Source: Dehalococcoidia bacterium
Lineage (GTDB): Bacteria; Chloroflexota; Dehalococcoidia; GIF9; AB-539-J10
Direction of reading: 5' to 3'
DNA length: 64,000 nucleotides
NCBI GenBank assembly: GCA_030615625.1
Contig: JAUWYX010000007.1
Location: forward strand, 5,327-69,326
Position numbers and translations under genes: made by a program. Every line of letters starts with the position of its first letter. Position 1 is the first letter of the stretch. The notes under the pieces are model-generated. The model was not told where the DNA came from, searched no databases, and saw nothing but the letters and a program-made list of their open reading frames with translations. Shown here in pieces: positions 8,768-19,674 of this stretch.

Positions 8768-10378
8768 CTATACGATGTTGGGCTTGCTAAAAACCTCCCT
8801 TATATCAGGATGTAAGGAGTCTCCGAGTTCTTTCACGGATTCGTATCTAATTTTGTTAAGTTCCCCTTGCTTTTCTTCAAATTCAGTTCTGGAGTAAAGT
8901 TTCTCAGGGTGCAAGTAAATATCATCTACATATCTTATCGCCCTAGGCACCTTAAAGCCCGTGGGGGAATCTACCCAATCTTCTAAACCTCCTCTCAGTA
9001 AAGAATCGAGTATTGCCATGGTAAATTCCAATCTTACATCTTTGTAATATTCCCCTTCTCCTATTCCTCCAGTATTTATCAAATAGTAATTTAGGTGGGG
9101 AATACCTTTTATTATCTCATAAAATATATTAGCATGCTCGGCCAGGTCTCCGGCGACAAAGGGGTCGTAGAAAAACTCGCCTCTAATTTTCCCTGCCTGG
9201 GTTGGGTCACCAGCCGAGGATTCCATTGCCTGTCCCAGAACCATCAAGGCTGCTGCTTGCTCCCGGGTTAGCTTTGATATTGCCGGAATCAGCGGCCCCC
9301 TGGTGATAAGAATCAGATTGTCAATTCTATCCACATCGATATAGGGACTGGCATGCATAAAATCTCTTCTTAATACCACTGCTCTGCCATTGGATGTTCT
9401 TTCGAAATTGAAAAGGTCAAAATCTCCGTCTTCGGTTACGTAAACATTCTCGCAGACAGTTTCCGGTTTCAACAGTCCGTAAAATATTTCGGTTTGCTCC
9501 CCGGGGTTCACACCCTCTGTTTTTACAAATATTCCCCCGGCTTCAAAGCCATGAAAAGAACCATCGGGCATGAGAGTCCCCCCGTCGTCCTGAATAAGCC
9601 AGGATTTCTCCTTCCCTTTTCTGGCCAGGATTCTACAGGTTGTAGTTGTTTTCCCGTTGGCACTCAATGCCACAAGTAACGTCCTCGCCATCCGATAGTC
9701 TCCGTGTGCTGATTGAAGGTAATCCTCTCTACAGCCAGTATGTAAGAAGATGCCCCCCCTTCTCGTCTTAACTACCCAATCCTCAGCGGCGAAAACCCCC
9801 TTCTTATATTCACCTATGTAGTTACCATTCCTGATTATCTTGACAAACCTTCCGTCATCCAGCATAGCCAATCTGATAGTGATATCTCTCTCGGGGAGCG
9901 GCTTTGACCGGTTAGTTTCAAAAGCCTCGTCAGCAAAGAATAAGATGTGGTAGGTTGGCTTTTTGACTTCCCCCTTTGAGGGTATAAAAAGGTTCTTGCC
10001 TCCGTAGGCAACATGGGCAAACCGCTCAGGAACAATTAACCTGACTGTGGTGTTACTATTTTCATTGCCCACAATTCTGTCTATGGAAATCAATCTTCCC
10101 TTGCCCAAAGCCTTTTCACACTGAGCTAATAGCTTTAGTTCATCCTCGCCAAAGGGGTGGTCAACACTGTTTTTGGTGAACATTGCTGACCTGGAAGTAG
10201 GCTCACTTCGGGCGGCAAAGTTTCCATATATCGTTTCCCTAACCCCCGGCTGTTTTTCCACAAGCCCTCTCAGTTCCTCATCAGGGGGATTATGAGTCAA
10301 CCGTTTTTCTTCTCGTGCCTTTTGCCAAATTCTGTCGGCAGTTATGACGAATTGTTCTAGCTCAAACGTTACCATCAT
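8768..10378 (-). CDS. pckA: Phosphoenolpyruvate carboxykinase (ATP), divergent
   Basis: Motifs YIGEYKKG, LHTGC, LSANGKTT, IQDDG, FEAGG, TSNGR and YLINTG. Confidence 0.85.
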   Translation of the reverse strand: MMVTFELEQFVITADRIWQKAREEKRLTHNPPDEELRGLVEKQPGVRETIYGNFAARSEPTSRSAMFTKNSVDHPFGEDELKLLAQCEKALGKGRLISIDRIVGNENSNTTVRLIVPERFAHVAYGGKNLFIPSKGEVKKPTYHILFFADEAFETNRSKPLPERDITIRLAMLDDGRFVKIIRNGNYIGEYKKGVFAAEDWVVKTRRGGIFLHTGCREDYLQSAHGDYRMARTLLVALSANGKTTTTCRILARKGKEKSWLIQDDGGTLMPDGSFHGFEAGGIFVKTEGVNPGEQTEIFYGLLKPETVCENVYVTEDGDFDLFNFERTSNGRAVVLRRDFMHASPYIDVDRIDNLILITRGPLIPAISKLTREQAAALMVLGQAMESSAGDPTQAGKIRGEFFYDPFVAGDLAEHANIFYEIIKGIPHLNYYLINTGGIGEGEYYKDVRLEFTMAILDSLLRGGLEDWVDSPTGFKVPRAIRYVDDIYLHPEKLYSRTEFEEKQGELNKIRYESVKELGDSLHPDIREVFSKPNIV

Positions 10379-10443
10379 GCTCCTTGGGAGAAATGCGATT
10401 TCGCGTTCCTAATTTCTAGGAATTAGGTGTTAATATTTATTGC

Positions 10444-12327
10444 TTAGACCTCGCGAAATTCCCCTTCCACCGTGCCTTCTCCTTCTCCACCGGGTTCCTC
10501 TCCACCAGGCGGCGGCTGCTCTGGTTGCTGGTAAACCGATGCTCCGACCTTCTGCATAACCTGCGATAGCTCTTGCATCGCATTACGAATGGCGTTTACG
10601 TCCTGCCCTTGAAGAGCCGACTTCACACTGGCTAGCTTAGCATCTATTTCCTGTTTTGCATCGGCGGGTATCTTATCTCCGTGGTCACGGAGAGTTTTTT
10701 CTGCGGTGTAAGCCAAGCTGTCAGCAGAATTGCGTACCTCTATTTCCTCTCTACGTTTGACATCCTCAGTAGCATATTGTTCAGCCTCTCGTTTCATCTT
10801 CTCCACTTCTTCTTTGCTCAATCCGCTAGAGGCGGTAATAGTGATTTTTTGTTCTTTCCCCGTGCCTTTATCACGAGCGCTAACATTAAGGATGCCATTG
10901 GCATCTATATCGAAAGTCACCTCAATCTGGGGCAGACCTCGTGGCGCCGGTAGAATGCCATCGAGCATAAAGTGCCCCAGTGTTCGGTTATCAGCAGCCA
11001 TAGGACGTTCCCCTTGAAGAACGTGTATTTCAACGCTTGGTTGGTTGTCACTAGCAGTGCTGAAAATCTGGCTCTTCGAAGTTGGTATAGTGGTATTGCG
11101 GGGGATAAGCGGTGTCGCTACTCCTCCTAGTGTTTCTATCCCTAGAGTGAGTGGGGTGACATCGAGAAGAAGGACTTCTCCGACTTCACCCTTAAGGACC
11201 CCAGCCTGAATGGCAGCACCTAAAGCTACTGCCTCATCGGGATTGACTCCCTTGACAGGCTCCCGGCCAAAGAATTGCTTTAAGGTATCCTGAACTTTGG
11301 GCATCCTTGTCTGACCACCGACGAGAATTACATTATTGATTTGGCTTGCCGTCAGCCCGGCATCGCTCAGTGCCTGGCGACAAGGCTCGATACTCTTTTC
11401 TATCAAATCAGCGGATAGTTGTTCTAGCTTGGCTCTAGATAATGTCATGCTGAGATGCTTGGGACCGCTGGCATCGGCAGTAATGAAGGGGAGGCTTATC
11501 TCTGTTTGAACCACTGTAGATAGTTCCTTCTTCGCCTTTTCAGCAACGTCTTTCAACCTCTGTAATGCCATCTTGTCCTGCTTCAAATCGATGCCTTGCT
11601 CCTTCTTAAATTCAGCACATACCCAGTCCATAATCCTCTGGTCGATGTCATCGCCACCGAGGTGGGTATCACCATTGGTTGACTTAACTTCCAGACCGCC
11701 CTCCTTCCATACATCAATGATAGAGATATCGAAGGTTCCACCACCAAGGTCATAGACGGCAATGGTTTGATCTTGTTTCTTGTCCATTCCGTAAGCCAGT
11801 GATGATGCTGTAGGCTCGTTAATAATACGCAAAACGTCAAGCCCGGCTATGGTGCCGGCATCTTTAGTGGCATTTCGCTGGCTATCGTTGAAATAGGCTG
11901 GCACGGTGATCGCAGCATCAGTGACTTCCTCTCCAAGGTAAGCCTCAGCATCAGTCTTCAACTTTTGCAATATCATGGCTGATATTTCCTGGGGACTATA
12001 CTCCTTGCCCCCCATTACCACTCGGCAATCACCATTGGAAGCCGCGGTAATCTTATATGGTAGGCGCTTCATATCTTCCTGAACAGTATGGTTTTTAAAT
12101 TTACGCCCGATAAGGCGCTTTATGCTGAATATAGTATTCTCGGGATTGACTATTGCCTGGCGCTTGGCTAACTCTCCTACCAATCTTTCCCCACCTTTAC
12201 CTATAGCTACCATTGAAGGAACGAGATTGCCGCCTTCAGCACTTGGTATGATCTTAGGGTCGCCTCCCTCCATCACCGCTGCAACACTTAATGTAGTACC
12301 TAAGTCAATTCCTATCGCTCTTCCCAT
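10444..12327 (-). CDS. dnaK: Chaperone DnaK
   Basis: Motifs [24 protein letters not shown] and NPDEAVA. GGAGAAG SD before the ATG at 12327. Confidence 0.98.
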   Translation of the reverse strand: MGRAIGIDLGTTLSVAAVMEGGDPKIIPSAEGGNLVPSMVAIGKGGERLVGELAKRQAIVNPENTIFSIKRLIGRKFKNHTVQEDMKRLPYKITAASNGDCRVVMGGKEYSPQEISAMILQKLKTDAEAYLGEEVTDAAITVPAYFNDSQRNATKDAGTIAGLDVLRIINEPTASSLAYGMDKKQDQTIAVYDLGGGTFDISIIDVWKEGGLEVKSTNGDTHLGGDDIDQRIMDWVCAEFKKEQGIDLKQDKMALQRLKDVAEKAKKELSTVVQTEISLPFITADASGPKHLSMTLSRAKLEQLSADLIEKSIEPCRQALSDAGLTASQINNVILVGGQTRMPKVQDTLKQFFGREPVKGVNPDEAVALGAAIQAGVLKGEVGEVLLLDVTPLTLGIETLGGVATPLIPRNTTIPTSKSQIFSTASDNQPSVEIHVLQGERPMAADNRTLGHFMLDGILPAPRGLPQIEVTFDIDANGILNVSARDKGTGKEQKITITASSGLSKEEVEKMKREAEQYATEDVKRREEIEVRNSADSLAYTAEKTLRDHGDKIPADAKQEIDAKLASVKSALQGQDVNAIRNAMQELSQVMQKVGASVYQQPEQPPPGGEEPGGEGEGTVEGEFREV

Positions 12328-12877
12328 TTCTACTTCTCCTCCTGAGTTGCTTGCTCTTTGCCTCTTTTCTTTCCCCTTTACCAACTATCACCAAGCTAGG
12401 ACGAATCACCGTTCCTTTAAATTTATAGCCTTTTTGTGTTTCATCAATAACCATCCCCTCTTCCCCCTCTTGCTGCATTACAGCTTCGTGCAGGCGAGGA
12501 TCAAAGGGTTCTCCTCTAGCTTTAATCTCGGTCAGCCCTTGTGCCTCCAGGGTTGCCTTAAATTTATTATAAATGAGCTTGATACCTTCAGTCCAGTTTG
12601 ATTTATTGAGCTCAGCAGGAACTGAAGCGAAAGCTCTCTCCAAGTCATCTATGACAGGCAGCAGGTTACAGATAAGCATGCTATTGGCAAACTCAATAAT
12701 CTCCCCTTTTTCTTGCTCAGCACGTTGTTTATAATTAACAAAATCCGCCTGGCATCTTTGCCAATTGGCTAAATATTTTTCTGCCTTTTCCTTCTCCTCA
12801 GCTAGAGCTTGCTGTAGTGTATCTATAGCCTGGGCTTGCTCAATTCCTGCTTCAACTACCTCGTCACTCTCAGCCAA
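12305..12877 (-). CDS. grpE: Nucleotide exchange factor GrpE
   Basis: Motifs [21 protein letters not shown] and RPSLV. Located between hrcA and dnaK. Confidence 0.96.
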   Translation of the reverse strand: MAESDEVVEAGIEQAQAIDTLQQALAEEKEKAEKYLANWQRCQADFVNYKQRAEQEKGEIIEFANSMLICNLLPVIDDLERAFASVPAELNKSNWTEGIKLIYNKFKATLEAQGLTEIKARGEPFDPRLHEAVMQQEGEEGMVIDETQKGYKFKGTVIRPSLVIVGKGERKEAKSKQLRRRSRNGKSDRN

Positions 12878-12890
12878 CGTTGGACCTCCT

Positions 12891-13907
12891 TTAGATGTAT
12901 TCAGCCACTGAGTTGCTTAGCAATGCTGAAAGGTAGTTAAGCGAAGAGATAGCCTTGGCGTAGTCCATCCGTTTGGGGCCAATCACTCCCACAATGCCAC
13001 TGGCCTTATCAAGTAATCCATACTGGCTAGCTATTAAGCTCAAGTCATGTAATGCTGGTTCTGGGTTTTCTTCACCAATGACTACCTTTACCCCTCCCTT
13101 GCTAGATTCCTGGCAAAATATATTTCTAAGCCAATCCTCCCCTTCCAGCACCTCTAAAATTCCAAGTATTCTGGGACTGTTGGTAAACTCTGGTTGACTC
13201 AGCAGCAAACGCAGTCCTTCAAGGTAGGGCTCACCATATTCTAGCTTGTCTTCAGCAGCCATAATTTCTGCTAAAGATTCAGACAGCTGCCTTTCTTCAG
13301 AAGAAAGTCCCTCTTTTTTAGCCAAGATCTCGCTGCTGGTCATCCCGGCATAAATAGAAGTAAGCTTATTAGCTAGCTTCGTTAGCTCATCCTGGCTAAC
13401 CTTTCTACTGAAAGATAAGACCTGCCGTCTAACTTTTGTTTCATACAAAACCACGATCAGCAAAGCCATGAAATCCTGCAAGGCTACCAAATCGAGATGC
13501 TTAAAGCGGCAGCGAACCGCTTTGGGAGTGGTTATTACTACCAGGTTGTGAACAAGGCGCGCTAAAAGCGCTGCCACCGTTTTTAGCCATTGCTCTAGCT
13601 CTTCTTTTGCTTCCTGAGATATCTGATGAATTAGATACTGCTCAACACGGGGAAGTTCAATCTCTTCCCCTATCAATTCCACATAGTAGCGGTAAGCCTT
13701 ATCAGTAGGTACGCTTCCGGCTGAACGGTGAGGGTGGATAACATATCCTTCTCGTTCTAAGTCTGCTGTATCATTGCGGATGGTAGCCGGGCTTACCTTC
13801 AAGCCATACCTTTCCACGATAGCATTTGAAGCTACTGGTACTGCTCTAGTGATATAATCTTCAATTATCACCCTGAGAACGGTTTCTCTTCTTTCCCTTA
13901 AAGCCAT
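12891..13907 (-). CDS. hrcA: Heat-inducible transcription repressor HrcA
   Basis: Motifs SPATIRND, HRSAGSVPTDKAYRYYV and GVIGPKRMDY. Confidence 0.96.
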   Translation of the reverse strand: MALRERRETVLRVIIEDYITRAVPVASNAIVERYGLKVSPATIRNDTADLEREGYVIHPHRSAGSVPTDKAYRYYVELIGEEIELPRVEQYLIHQISQEAKEELEQWLKTVAALLARLVHNLVVITTPKAVRCRFKHLDLVALQDFMALLIVVLYETKVRRQVLSFSRKVSQDELTKLANKLTSIYAGMTSSEILAKKEGLSSEERQLSESLAEIMAAEDKLEYGEPYLEGLRLLLSQPEFTNSPRILGILEVLEGEDWLRNIFCQESSKGGVKVVIGEENPEPALHDLSLIASQYGLLDKASGIVGVIGPKRMDYAKAISSLNYLSALLSNSVAEYI

Positions 13908-13934
13908 TTAGCACTCTTCCCTTTTAATTGCTAA
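13908..13934. promoter_or_regulatory. CIRCE element (HrcA operator) abutting the hrcA start codon
   Basis: TTAGCACTC-N9-AATTGCTAA. One arm is perfect and the other has two mismatches to the consensus TTAGCACTC-N9-GAGTGCTAA. Confidence 0.88.
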
Positions 13935-13940
13935 ATAAAT

Positions 13941-13969
13941 TAATTTATCACTATAAACACGTTCTGTCA
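13941..13969 (-). promoter_or_regulatory. Sigma70 promoter of hrcA-grpE-dnaK
   Basis: Minus strand TTGACA-17 nt-TAAATT immediately upstream of CIRCE. Confidence 0.65.
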
Positions 13970-14048
13970 ATGGTGCTGCGGGAATCCACTTTGATGGGTT
14001 TTTCTTATTGACCGCGAATGAAATATCAAGTACTATTATAACACAAAT

Positions 14049-15305
14049 GTGAAAACCGCGAAGACATTTTCCTTGGCGCAGCGTGATAGCAAAGTAGCTC
14101 AAATCCTAAGCTTGGAGGCAGCGAGGCAAGCAAGCACCATAAATCTTATTGCCTCTGAAAACCATGCCAGCCGGGCAGTGCTTGAGACCCAAAGCTCGGT
14201 GCTAACTGACAAATATGCTGAAGGATACCCCGGGTATCGCTATTATGGCGGTTGTGTCCACATAGACGAAATTGAAAATTTAGCTATCGAAAGAGCTCAA
14301 AAGCTCTTTAAAGCCGAACATGCCAATGTCCAGGCCCATAGTGGCAGTCAAGCCAACATGGCAGCCTATTCAATTCTATTGGAACACGGAGATACTGTTA
14401 TGGGGATGAGCCTCAGCCATGGCGGGCATCTCACCCATGGCTCTGAGGTAAATTTCTCCGGAAAATGGTATAACTTTGTCCCTTACGGAGTTGATCCTAA
14501 AACCGAGATGCTCAACTACGATGAAATCGAAAGGTTAGCTCTGGAGCATAGACCTAAGTTAATAATAGCTGGGGCGAGTAGTTACTCTCGTATTATTGAT
14601 TTTGAGAGACTTCGCTATATAGCTGATAAGGCGGGTGCCAAGTTATTGGTTGACATGGCTCACATAGCGGGAATAATAGCCGCTGGACTTCATCCCTCCC
14701 CTGTATCCTATGCTCAAGTTACTACCGCCACCACGCAAAAGACCTTGCGGGGACCCAGAGGTGGCTTTATTTTATGTGATAAAGAGATGGCTTCAGCTAT
14801 TGATGCTGCAGTTTTCCCCGGGATGCAGGGTGGTCCTTCCATGCATATCATCGCCGCCAAAGCCGTGTGCTTCTTTGAAGCTATGCAACCCGAGTTTGTT
14901 GATTACCAGAAGTCAGTGCTGGAGAATGCCCGCGTTTTGGCTTCCGAACTCCAGAGATATGGGATGCGTATTGTTTCCGGGGGCACAGATAACCACATTG
15001 TCCTCGTTGACCTTTCCCCTCAGGGAATAAACGGCAAGGATGCTGAGGAAGCCTTAGAGGCAGCGGGCATCTCGGTAAATAGAAATACCATTCCTTTTGA
15101 CCCCAAGCCACCACTGATTACAAGCGGTATCAGGCTGGGCACCCCAGCGGTGACCACGAGAGGTTTTGGCATAGAGGAGATGAAGCGCATTGCCTCTCTC
15201 ATTGTCAAAGTGCTTTCTCCTTCGGGGGATAAGCGTGCACAAGAACAAGTCCACCAGGAAATACGAGAGATGTGCCAACAGTTCCCCATTCCTGGGCTGG
15301 CATGA
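14049..15305 (+). CDS. glyA: Serine hydroxymethyltransferase
   Basis: Motifs [25 protein letters not shown] and [12 protein letters not shown]. Confidence 0.97.
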   Translation: MKTAKTFSLAQRDSKVAQILSLEAARQASTINLIASENHASRAVLETQSSVLTDKYAEGYPGYRYYGGCVHIDEIENLAIERAQKLFKAEHANVQAHSGSQANMAAYSILLEHGDTVMGMSLSHGGHLTHGSEVNFSGKWYNFVPYGVDPKTEMLNYDEIERLALEHRPKLIIAGASSYSRIIDFERLRYIADKAGAKLLVDMAHIAGIIAAGLHPSPVSYAQVTTATTQKTLRGPRGGFILCDKEMASAIDAAVFPGMQGGPSMHIIAAKAVCFFEAMQPEFVDYQKSVLENARVLASELQRYGMRIVSGGTDNHIVLVDLSPQGINGKDAEEALEAAGISVNRNTIPFDPKPPLITSGIRLGTPAVTTRGFGIEEMKRIASLIVKVLSPSGDKRAQEQVHQEIREMCQQFPIPGLA

Positions 15306-15454
15306 GACACTTCTTCCCTTAATTAGTTACCCCTAAAGGCTTCGTTTTTCAGGAAGTATGGATTAATTTCTTTACTTGCTTTTACTAACCCTTCCCAAGA
15401 AACAGCGATGATTTCATGATATAATCAAGTTAGTATTCAGATAGCTAAGAGGTA

Positions 15455-16396
15455 ATGATGGACGAATTAAAAGTGTTCAGCGGCACTGCTCACCCTGCCT
15501 TAGCAGGGTCTGTGTGTGATTACTTAGGCATACCCTTGGGGGAGGTTGAGGTCTTTGAGTTTAGCAATGAGAACATTTTTGTGCGCATCCTCGAGAATGT
15601 CCGGGAACGGGACGTTTTTGTCATTCAGCCTATTTGCTCTCCAGTTAACAAAAGCCTGGTTGAGTTACTTATCATGCTCGATGCCTTCAGGCGAGCTTCA
15701 GCGGGGCGAATTACCGCTGTCGTTCCCTATTATGGCTATAGCCGCACTGATAAAAAAGACCAACCCAGGGTTCCTATCACTGCTCGCTTGATTGCCGACC
15801 TGATTACTACCGCTGGAGCTAATAGATTGCTCACCGTAGACCTCCACGCCCCTCAAATTCAAGGATTCTTCACCATACCTGTGGATGAGCTCACCACTCG
15901 GCCCATCGTGGCTCAGTATTTCAAGGAAAAGGCTCTGGATAATCTGGTAGTGGTTGCTACTGATATTGGTATTTCCAAGGTAGCCCGTGATATGGCTGCT
16001 AAACTTGGAGCCCCCCTGGCTATCATTGAAAAGAGGCGCTTGGGAAATGTCGATGCCACTGAAACCCTCAACGTAATTGGCGAGGTTGAGGGAATGCGTG
16101 CCCTGACGGTTGATGATGAGATTGATACCGCTGGGTCTCTGGTCGGGGTGGTGAATGCTCTTTTAGAACATGGCGTTACTGAGGTTTATGCTTGCTGTAC
16201 TCACCCCGTTTTCTCTGGTTCCGCTATCCAGAGGATAGCCACGAGCCGGGTGAAAGAGGTAGTCGTTACTGATACCATACCTGTTAATGGCGATAAGAAA
16301 CTGGCTAAGATCACCGTCTTGCCCATAGCTTCGCTTATTGGCGAAGCCATTCATCGCATTCACACCGGCTTATCAGTGGGAGCGATGTTTGAGTGA
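15455..16396 (+). CDS. prs: Ribose-phosphate pyrophosphokinase
   Basis: Motifs PYYGYSRTDKK, DLHAPQIQGFF and VDDEIDTAGS. Confidence 0.97.
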   Translation: MMDELKVFSGTAHPALAGSVCDYLGIPLGEVEVFEFSNENIFVRILENVRERDVFVIQPICSPVNKSLVELLIMLDAFRRASAGRITAVVPYYGYSRTDKKDQPRVPITARLIADLITTAGANRLLTVDLHAPQIQGFFTIPVDELTTRPIVAQYFKEKALDNLVVVATDIGISKVARDMAAKLGAPLAIIEKRRLGNVDATETLNVIGEVEGMRALTVDDEIDTAGSLVGVVNALLEHGVTEVYACCTHPVFSGSAIQRIATSRVKEVVVTDTIPVNGDKKLAKITVLPIASLIGEAIHRIHTGLSVGAMFE

Positions 16397-16445
16397 TAAT
16401 GGAGTAGTCAACAGTTAGCTGAAAACTGAGGGCTGATAGCCGAAA

Positions 16446-19046
16446 ATGTTTAAGTGGCTTAGCAATCTGCTTGATTCCAATGAGAAAGAACTGAAACGCC
16501 TTCAGCCTTTGGTTGACCACATAAACTCGTTGGAGTCTGAGTTTGAAAAGCTCAGCGACGCTGAGCTTCGAGCCAAAACTGATGAGTTTAAGGCGCGGCT
16601 GAAGGATGGCGAGAGTCTGGACGAGGTTCTGCCCGAGGCTTACGCTGCTGTTAGAGAAGCAGCCAAGCGAACCATAAGACAGCGGCATTTTGATGTCCAG
16701 TTAAAGGGGGGAATCGTCCTTCACCAGGGGAAGATAGCCGAGATGAAAACTGGTGAGGGAAAAACCCTGGTAGCTACCTTGCCCCTCTACCTCAATGCCC
16801 TCACCGGGCAAGGCAGCCATCTGATTACCGTTAATGATTACCTTGCCAAGCGGGATTGCCACTGGATGGGTCCTATTTACCACGCCCTGGGTATAAGCGT
16901 GGCCAGCATTAATGCCCAGCAAACAACCGACCAACCTGCCCCTTCCTATATCTATGACCCCAGCTATGAATCGGAAGACCAGAAGTGGAATTTTCTCCGC
17001 CCTGTCACCCGCCGCCAGGCTTATGAGGCAGATATAACTTATGGCACCAATAACGAGTTTGGCTTTGATTACCTCAGAGATAATATGGTCTGGGATTTGT
17101 CTCAATGCGGGCAGCGTCCCTTGAACTATGCCATCGTCGACGAGGTTGATAACATCCTTATTGACGAAGCCCGTACACCGCTAATTATCAGTGGTGCTGC
17201 CGAGGAAGCAACTAAGAGGTATTACACCTTTGCCCAGCTAGTTTCCCACCTTAGCAAAGATGCAGACTATACCATTGACGAGCGTACGCGTACTACCAAC
17301 CTTACCGAGATTGGCATGACCAAGATGGAGAAGATGCTAAAGCGGGAGGGCTTGCTCAAAGCACCTGACCTTTATGACCCCTCCAACTACTTTCTCACTC
17401 AATATCTGGAGAGTGCCCTTAAGGCTCGTGTCTTGTTCAAGAAGGACAAGGACTATGTGGTTAAGGATGGACAGGTCATCATCGTGGATGAATTCACTGG
17501 CAGATTGATGTTCGGCAGGAGGTATTCTGAGGGATTGCATCAAGCCATCGAGGCCAAAGAGAGGGTAAAGATTCAGCGAGAATCAGTTACCTTAGCCACT
17601 ATCACATTCCAGAACTATTTCCGCCTGTATCAAAAACTGGCGGGCATGACCGGTACCGCGGCCACGGAAGCCGAGGAGTTCCACAAGATTTATAAGCTGG
17701 AAGTGGTAATCATACCCACAAACAAGCCCTTGATTCGCACTGAATACCCTGACCAGATTTACAAAGACGAGAAAACCAAGTTTGCCGCCGTAGCCAGGGA
17801 AATCAAGCAATTAAATGACCAGAGAAGGCCTGTCCTTATCGGCACGACCTCTATTGAGAAATCAGAGGATTTATCTGACCTCCTGAGGAGAAATGGCATC
17901 CCCCATCAAGTGTTAAATGCCAAGAATCACGAAAAGGAGGCAGCCATAATCGCTCAAGCCGGAAGTCTCGGAGCGGTAACTGTGGCCACAAACATGGCTG
18001 GGCGGGGTGTGGATATCATACTTGGTGGCAATCCTGAGGGGCGTGGTGAAGCGGAATGGCAGGAAGAGCATAATAAGGTGGTTGAGCTTGACGGACTTCA
18101 CATTGTAGGTACTGAACACCACGAAGCCAGACGCATTGATAATCAGCTCCGGGGAAGGGCAGGAAGGCAGGGAGACCCGGGTAGCTCTCGTTTTTATGCT
18201 TCCTTAGAAGATGAAATTCTTCGCCGCTTTGGCGGTGAACGTGTTAAGGGAATTATGCAGTGGGCAGGTATGGATGAAAATACCCCCATTGAACATCCCT
18301 TTGCCACTAAGGCTGTGACCAATTCCCAGGTCCAGACCGAAGGCTATCATTTCAATATTCGTAAACACCTTGTGGAATATGACGATGTCATCAACAAGCA
18401 CCGCGAGGTGATTTACGCCGAAAGGAGAAAAATCCTCAGTGGCGCCGACCTTAAGGCAAATATAATATCTATGGTTCAGGATGAAATCCAAAGCCTGGTA
18501 GCCAAACGTCTCAGCAGCGCTAGCTACGAGCTGGAAGAAGAGCAATCCAATTTATCCGGCTTACTTGAGGATGTATCCACCATCTTCCCCTTGCCTCCGC
18601 ACTTCAGAAGCGATGGGCTTTCCGAACTCAGCGCCAAGCAAATCGCAGAAAAGTTGACCAATTATGCCACCGAGCTTTACAACCAGCGGGAGCAAGAGCT
18701 AGGTCCTGATAATATGCGAATAGCGGAGCGACTGGTAATGTTGCGAGCTATTGACCTGTTATGGAAGGAGCATCTTACTGACATGGATCACCTGCGCCAG
18801 GGGATAGGTCTGCGGGCTGTCGGTCAAGAACAGCCGCTGATGGTGTATAAGAGGGAAGGTCATGCCTCTTTTGAAGCCCTCTTAGCTGGCATTCAGCATG
18901 ACGTTGCCCATACCATTTACCGCGTCGGTATTGCCAAAGAAGCTCCAAAAAAGAAGGAAGCGGTTATGGTGGGCAAAAAGGTTGGGCGTAATGACCCCTG
19001 CCCGTGCGGCTCAGGCAAGAAATACAAGCATTGCTGCGGGAAATGA
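16446..19046 (+). CDS. secA: Preprotein translocase ATPase SecA
   Basis: Motifs [23 protein letters not shown] and [10 protein letters not shown], and the SEC-C motif [17 protein letters not shown]. Confidence 0.98.
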   Translation: MFKWLSNLLDSNEKELKRLQPLVDHINSLESEFEKLSDAELRAKTDEFKARLKDGESLDEVLPEAYAAVREAAKRTIRQRHFDVQLKGGIVLHQGKIAEMKTGEGKTLVATLPLYLNALTGQGSHLITVNDYLAKRDCHWMGPIYHALGISVASINAQQTTDQPAPSYIYDPSYESEDQKWNFLRPVTRRQAYEADITYGTNNEFGFDYLRDNMVWDLSQCGQRPLNYAIVDEVDNILIDEARTPLIISGAAEEATKRYYTFAQLVSHLSKDADYTIDERTRTTNLTEIGMTKMEKMLKREGLLKAPDLYDPSNYFLTQYLESALKARVLFKKDKDYVVKDGQVIIVDEFTGRLMFGRRYSEGLHQAIEAKERVKIQRESVTLATITFQNYFRLYQKLAGMTGTAATEAEEFHKIYKLEVVIIPTNKPLIRTEYPDQIYKDEKTKFAAVAREIKQLNDQRRPVLIGTTSIEKSEDLSDLLRRNGIPHQVLNAKNHEKEAAIIAQAGSLGAVTVATNMAGRGVDIILGGNPEGRGEAEWQEEHNKVVELDGLHIVGTEHHEARRIDNQLRGRAGRQGDPGSSRFYASLEDEILRRFGGERVKGIMQWAGMDENTPIEHPFATKAVTNSQVQTEGYHFNIRKHLVEYDDVINKHREVIYAERRKILSGADLKANIISMVQDEIQSLVAKRLSSASYELEEEQSNLSGLLEDVSTIFPLPPHFRSDGLSELSAKQIAEKLTNYATELYNQREQELGPDNMRIAERLVMLRAIDLLWKEHLTDMDHLRQGIGLRAVGQEQPLMVYKREGHASFEALLAGIQHDVAHTIYRVGIAKEAPKKKEAVMVGKKVGRNDPCPCGSGKKYKHCCGK

Positions 19047-19051
19047 TTAGT

Positions 19052-19076
19052 ATCCTCTCCCTTTGTGGGAGAGGAT
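19052..19076. repeat. REP-like palindrome or terminator after secA
   Basis: ATCCTCTCCC-TTTGT-GGGAGAGGAT. A degenerate relative occurs near 42272-42297. Confidence 0.55.
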
Positions 19077-19115
19077 TAAGAGCATATCTTGAATTTATCG
19101 AAGGAGGATGGTGCA

Positions 19116-19376
19116 ATGCCAATTTATGAGTATAAATCAAAAAACGGTGCTCATTGCAGACTGTGTAAAGGAAAGTTTGAGGTCAGGCAGGGAATAAATG
19201 ACAAGCCACTTAGCAAATGCCCCGAATGCGGCGCCGAGATAAGGAGGCTCTTTTCCCGCCCATTCCTAGGCCGAAAAGAATCCTTTAGCCATGAAGGCCC
19301 CTTCAATTATATGGAGAACGAGGCCGACGAATTAGGGCTGGAAGAAGACCTCGCCGAAGACGAAGTCTGGGAGTGA
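19116..19376 (+). CDS. FmdB-family zinc-ribbon protein
   Basis: MPIYEY..CRLC..FE..CPECG, an acidic tail and an AGGAGG SD. Confidence 0.88.
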   Translation: MPIYEYKSKNGAHCRLCKGKFEVRQGINDKPLSKCPECGAEIRRLFSRPFLGRKESFSHEGPFNYMENEADELGLEEDLAEDEVWE

Positions 19377-19657
19377 GTGGGCTGGGTGGGAAAATGTTGC
19401 TGTGGAAGGTAAGGCTTATGACCAATAAAGAACTACAAAAGGCAATCAAGGACGCAACTGATGATGTGAAGAGTTTATCTTCGTCTCTACTTAGTGGGCC
19501 TTTCCCGCAACAAGAGGTAAGGTGCAGGGAAATGATTTTATTGAGGCAATTGACTCTCTACAAGATAGAGGATGCCAGGAAATGTAAAAGAAAAGACTTG
19601 GAGCGCTTTAATTCTGAAATTTACAATTTAATAACAGCTTTTGTAAAGTCACAGTAG
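19373..19657 (+). CDS. Hypothetical protein (possible start at 19418)
   Basis: The ORF fills the gap between the FmdB and EVE genes with a GTGA overlap. No recognisable motif. Confidence 0.55.
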   Translation: MSGLGGKMLLWKVRLMTNKELQKAIKDATDDVKSLSSSLLSGPFPQQEVRCREMILLRQLTLYKIEDARKCKRKDLERFNSEIYNLITAFVKSQ

Positions 19658-19674
19658 TAATCTGATAGTACGGA

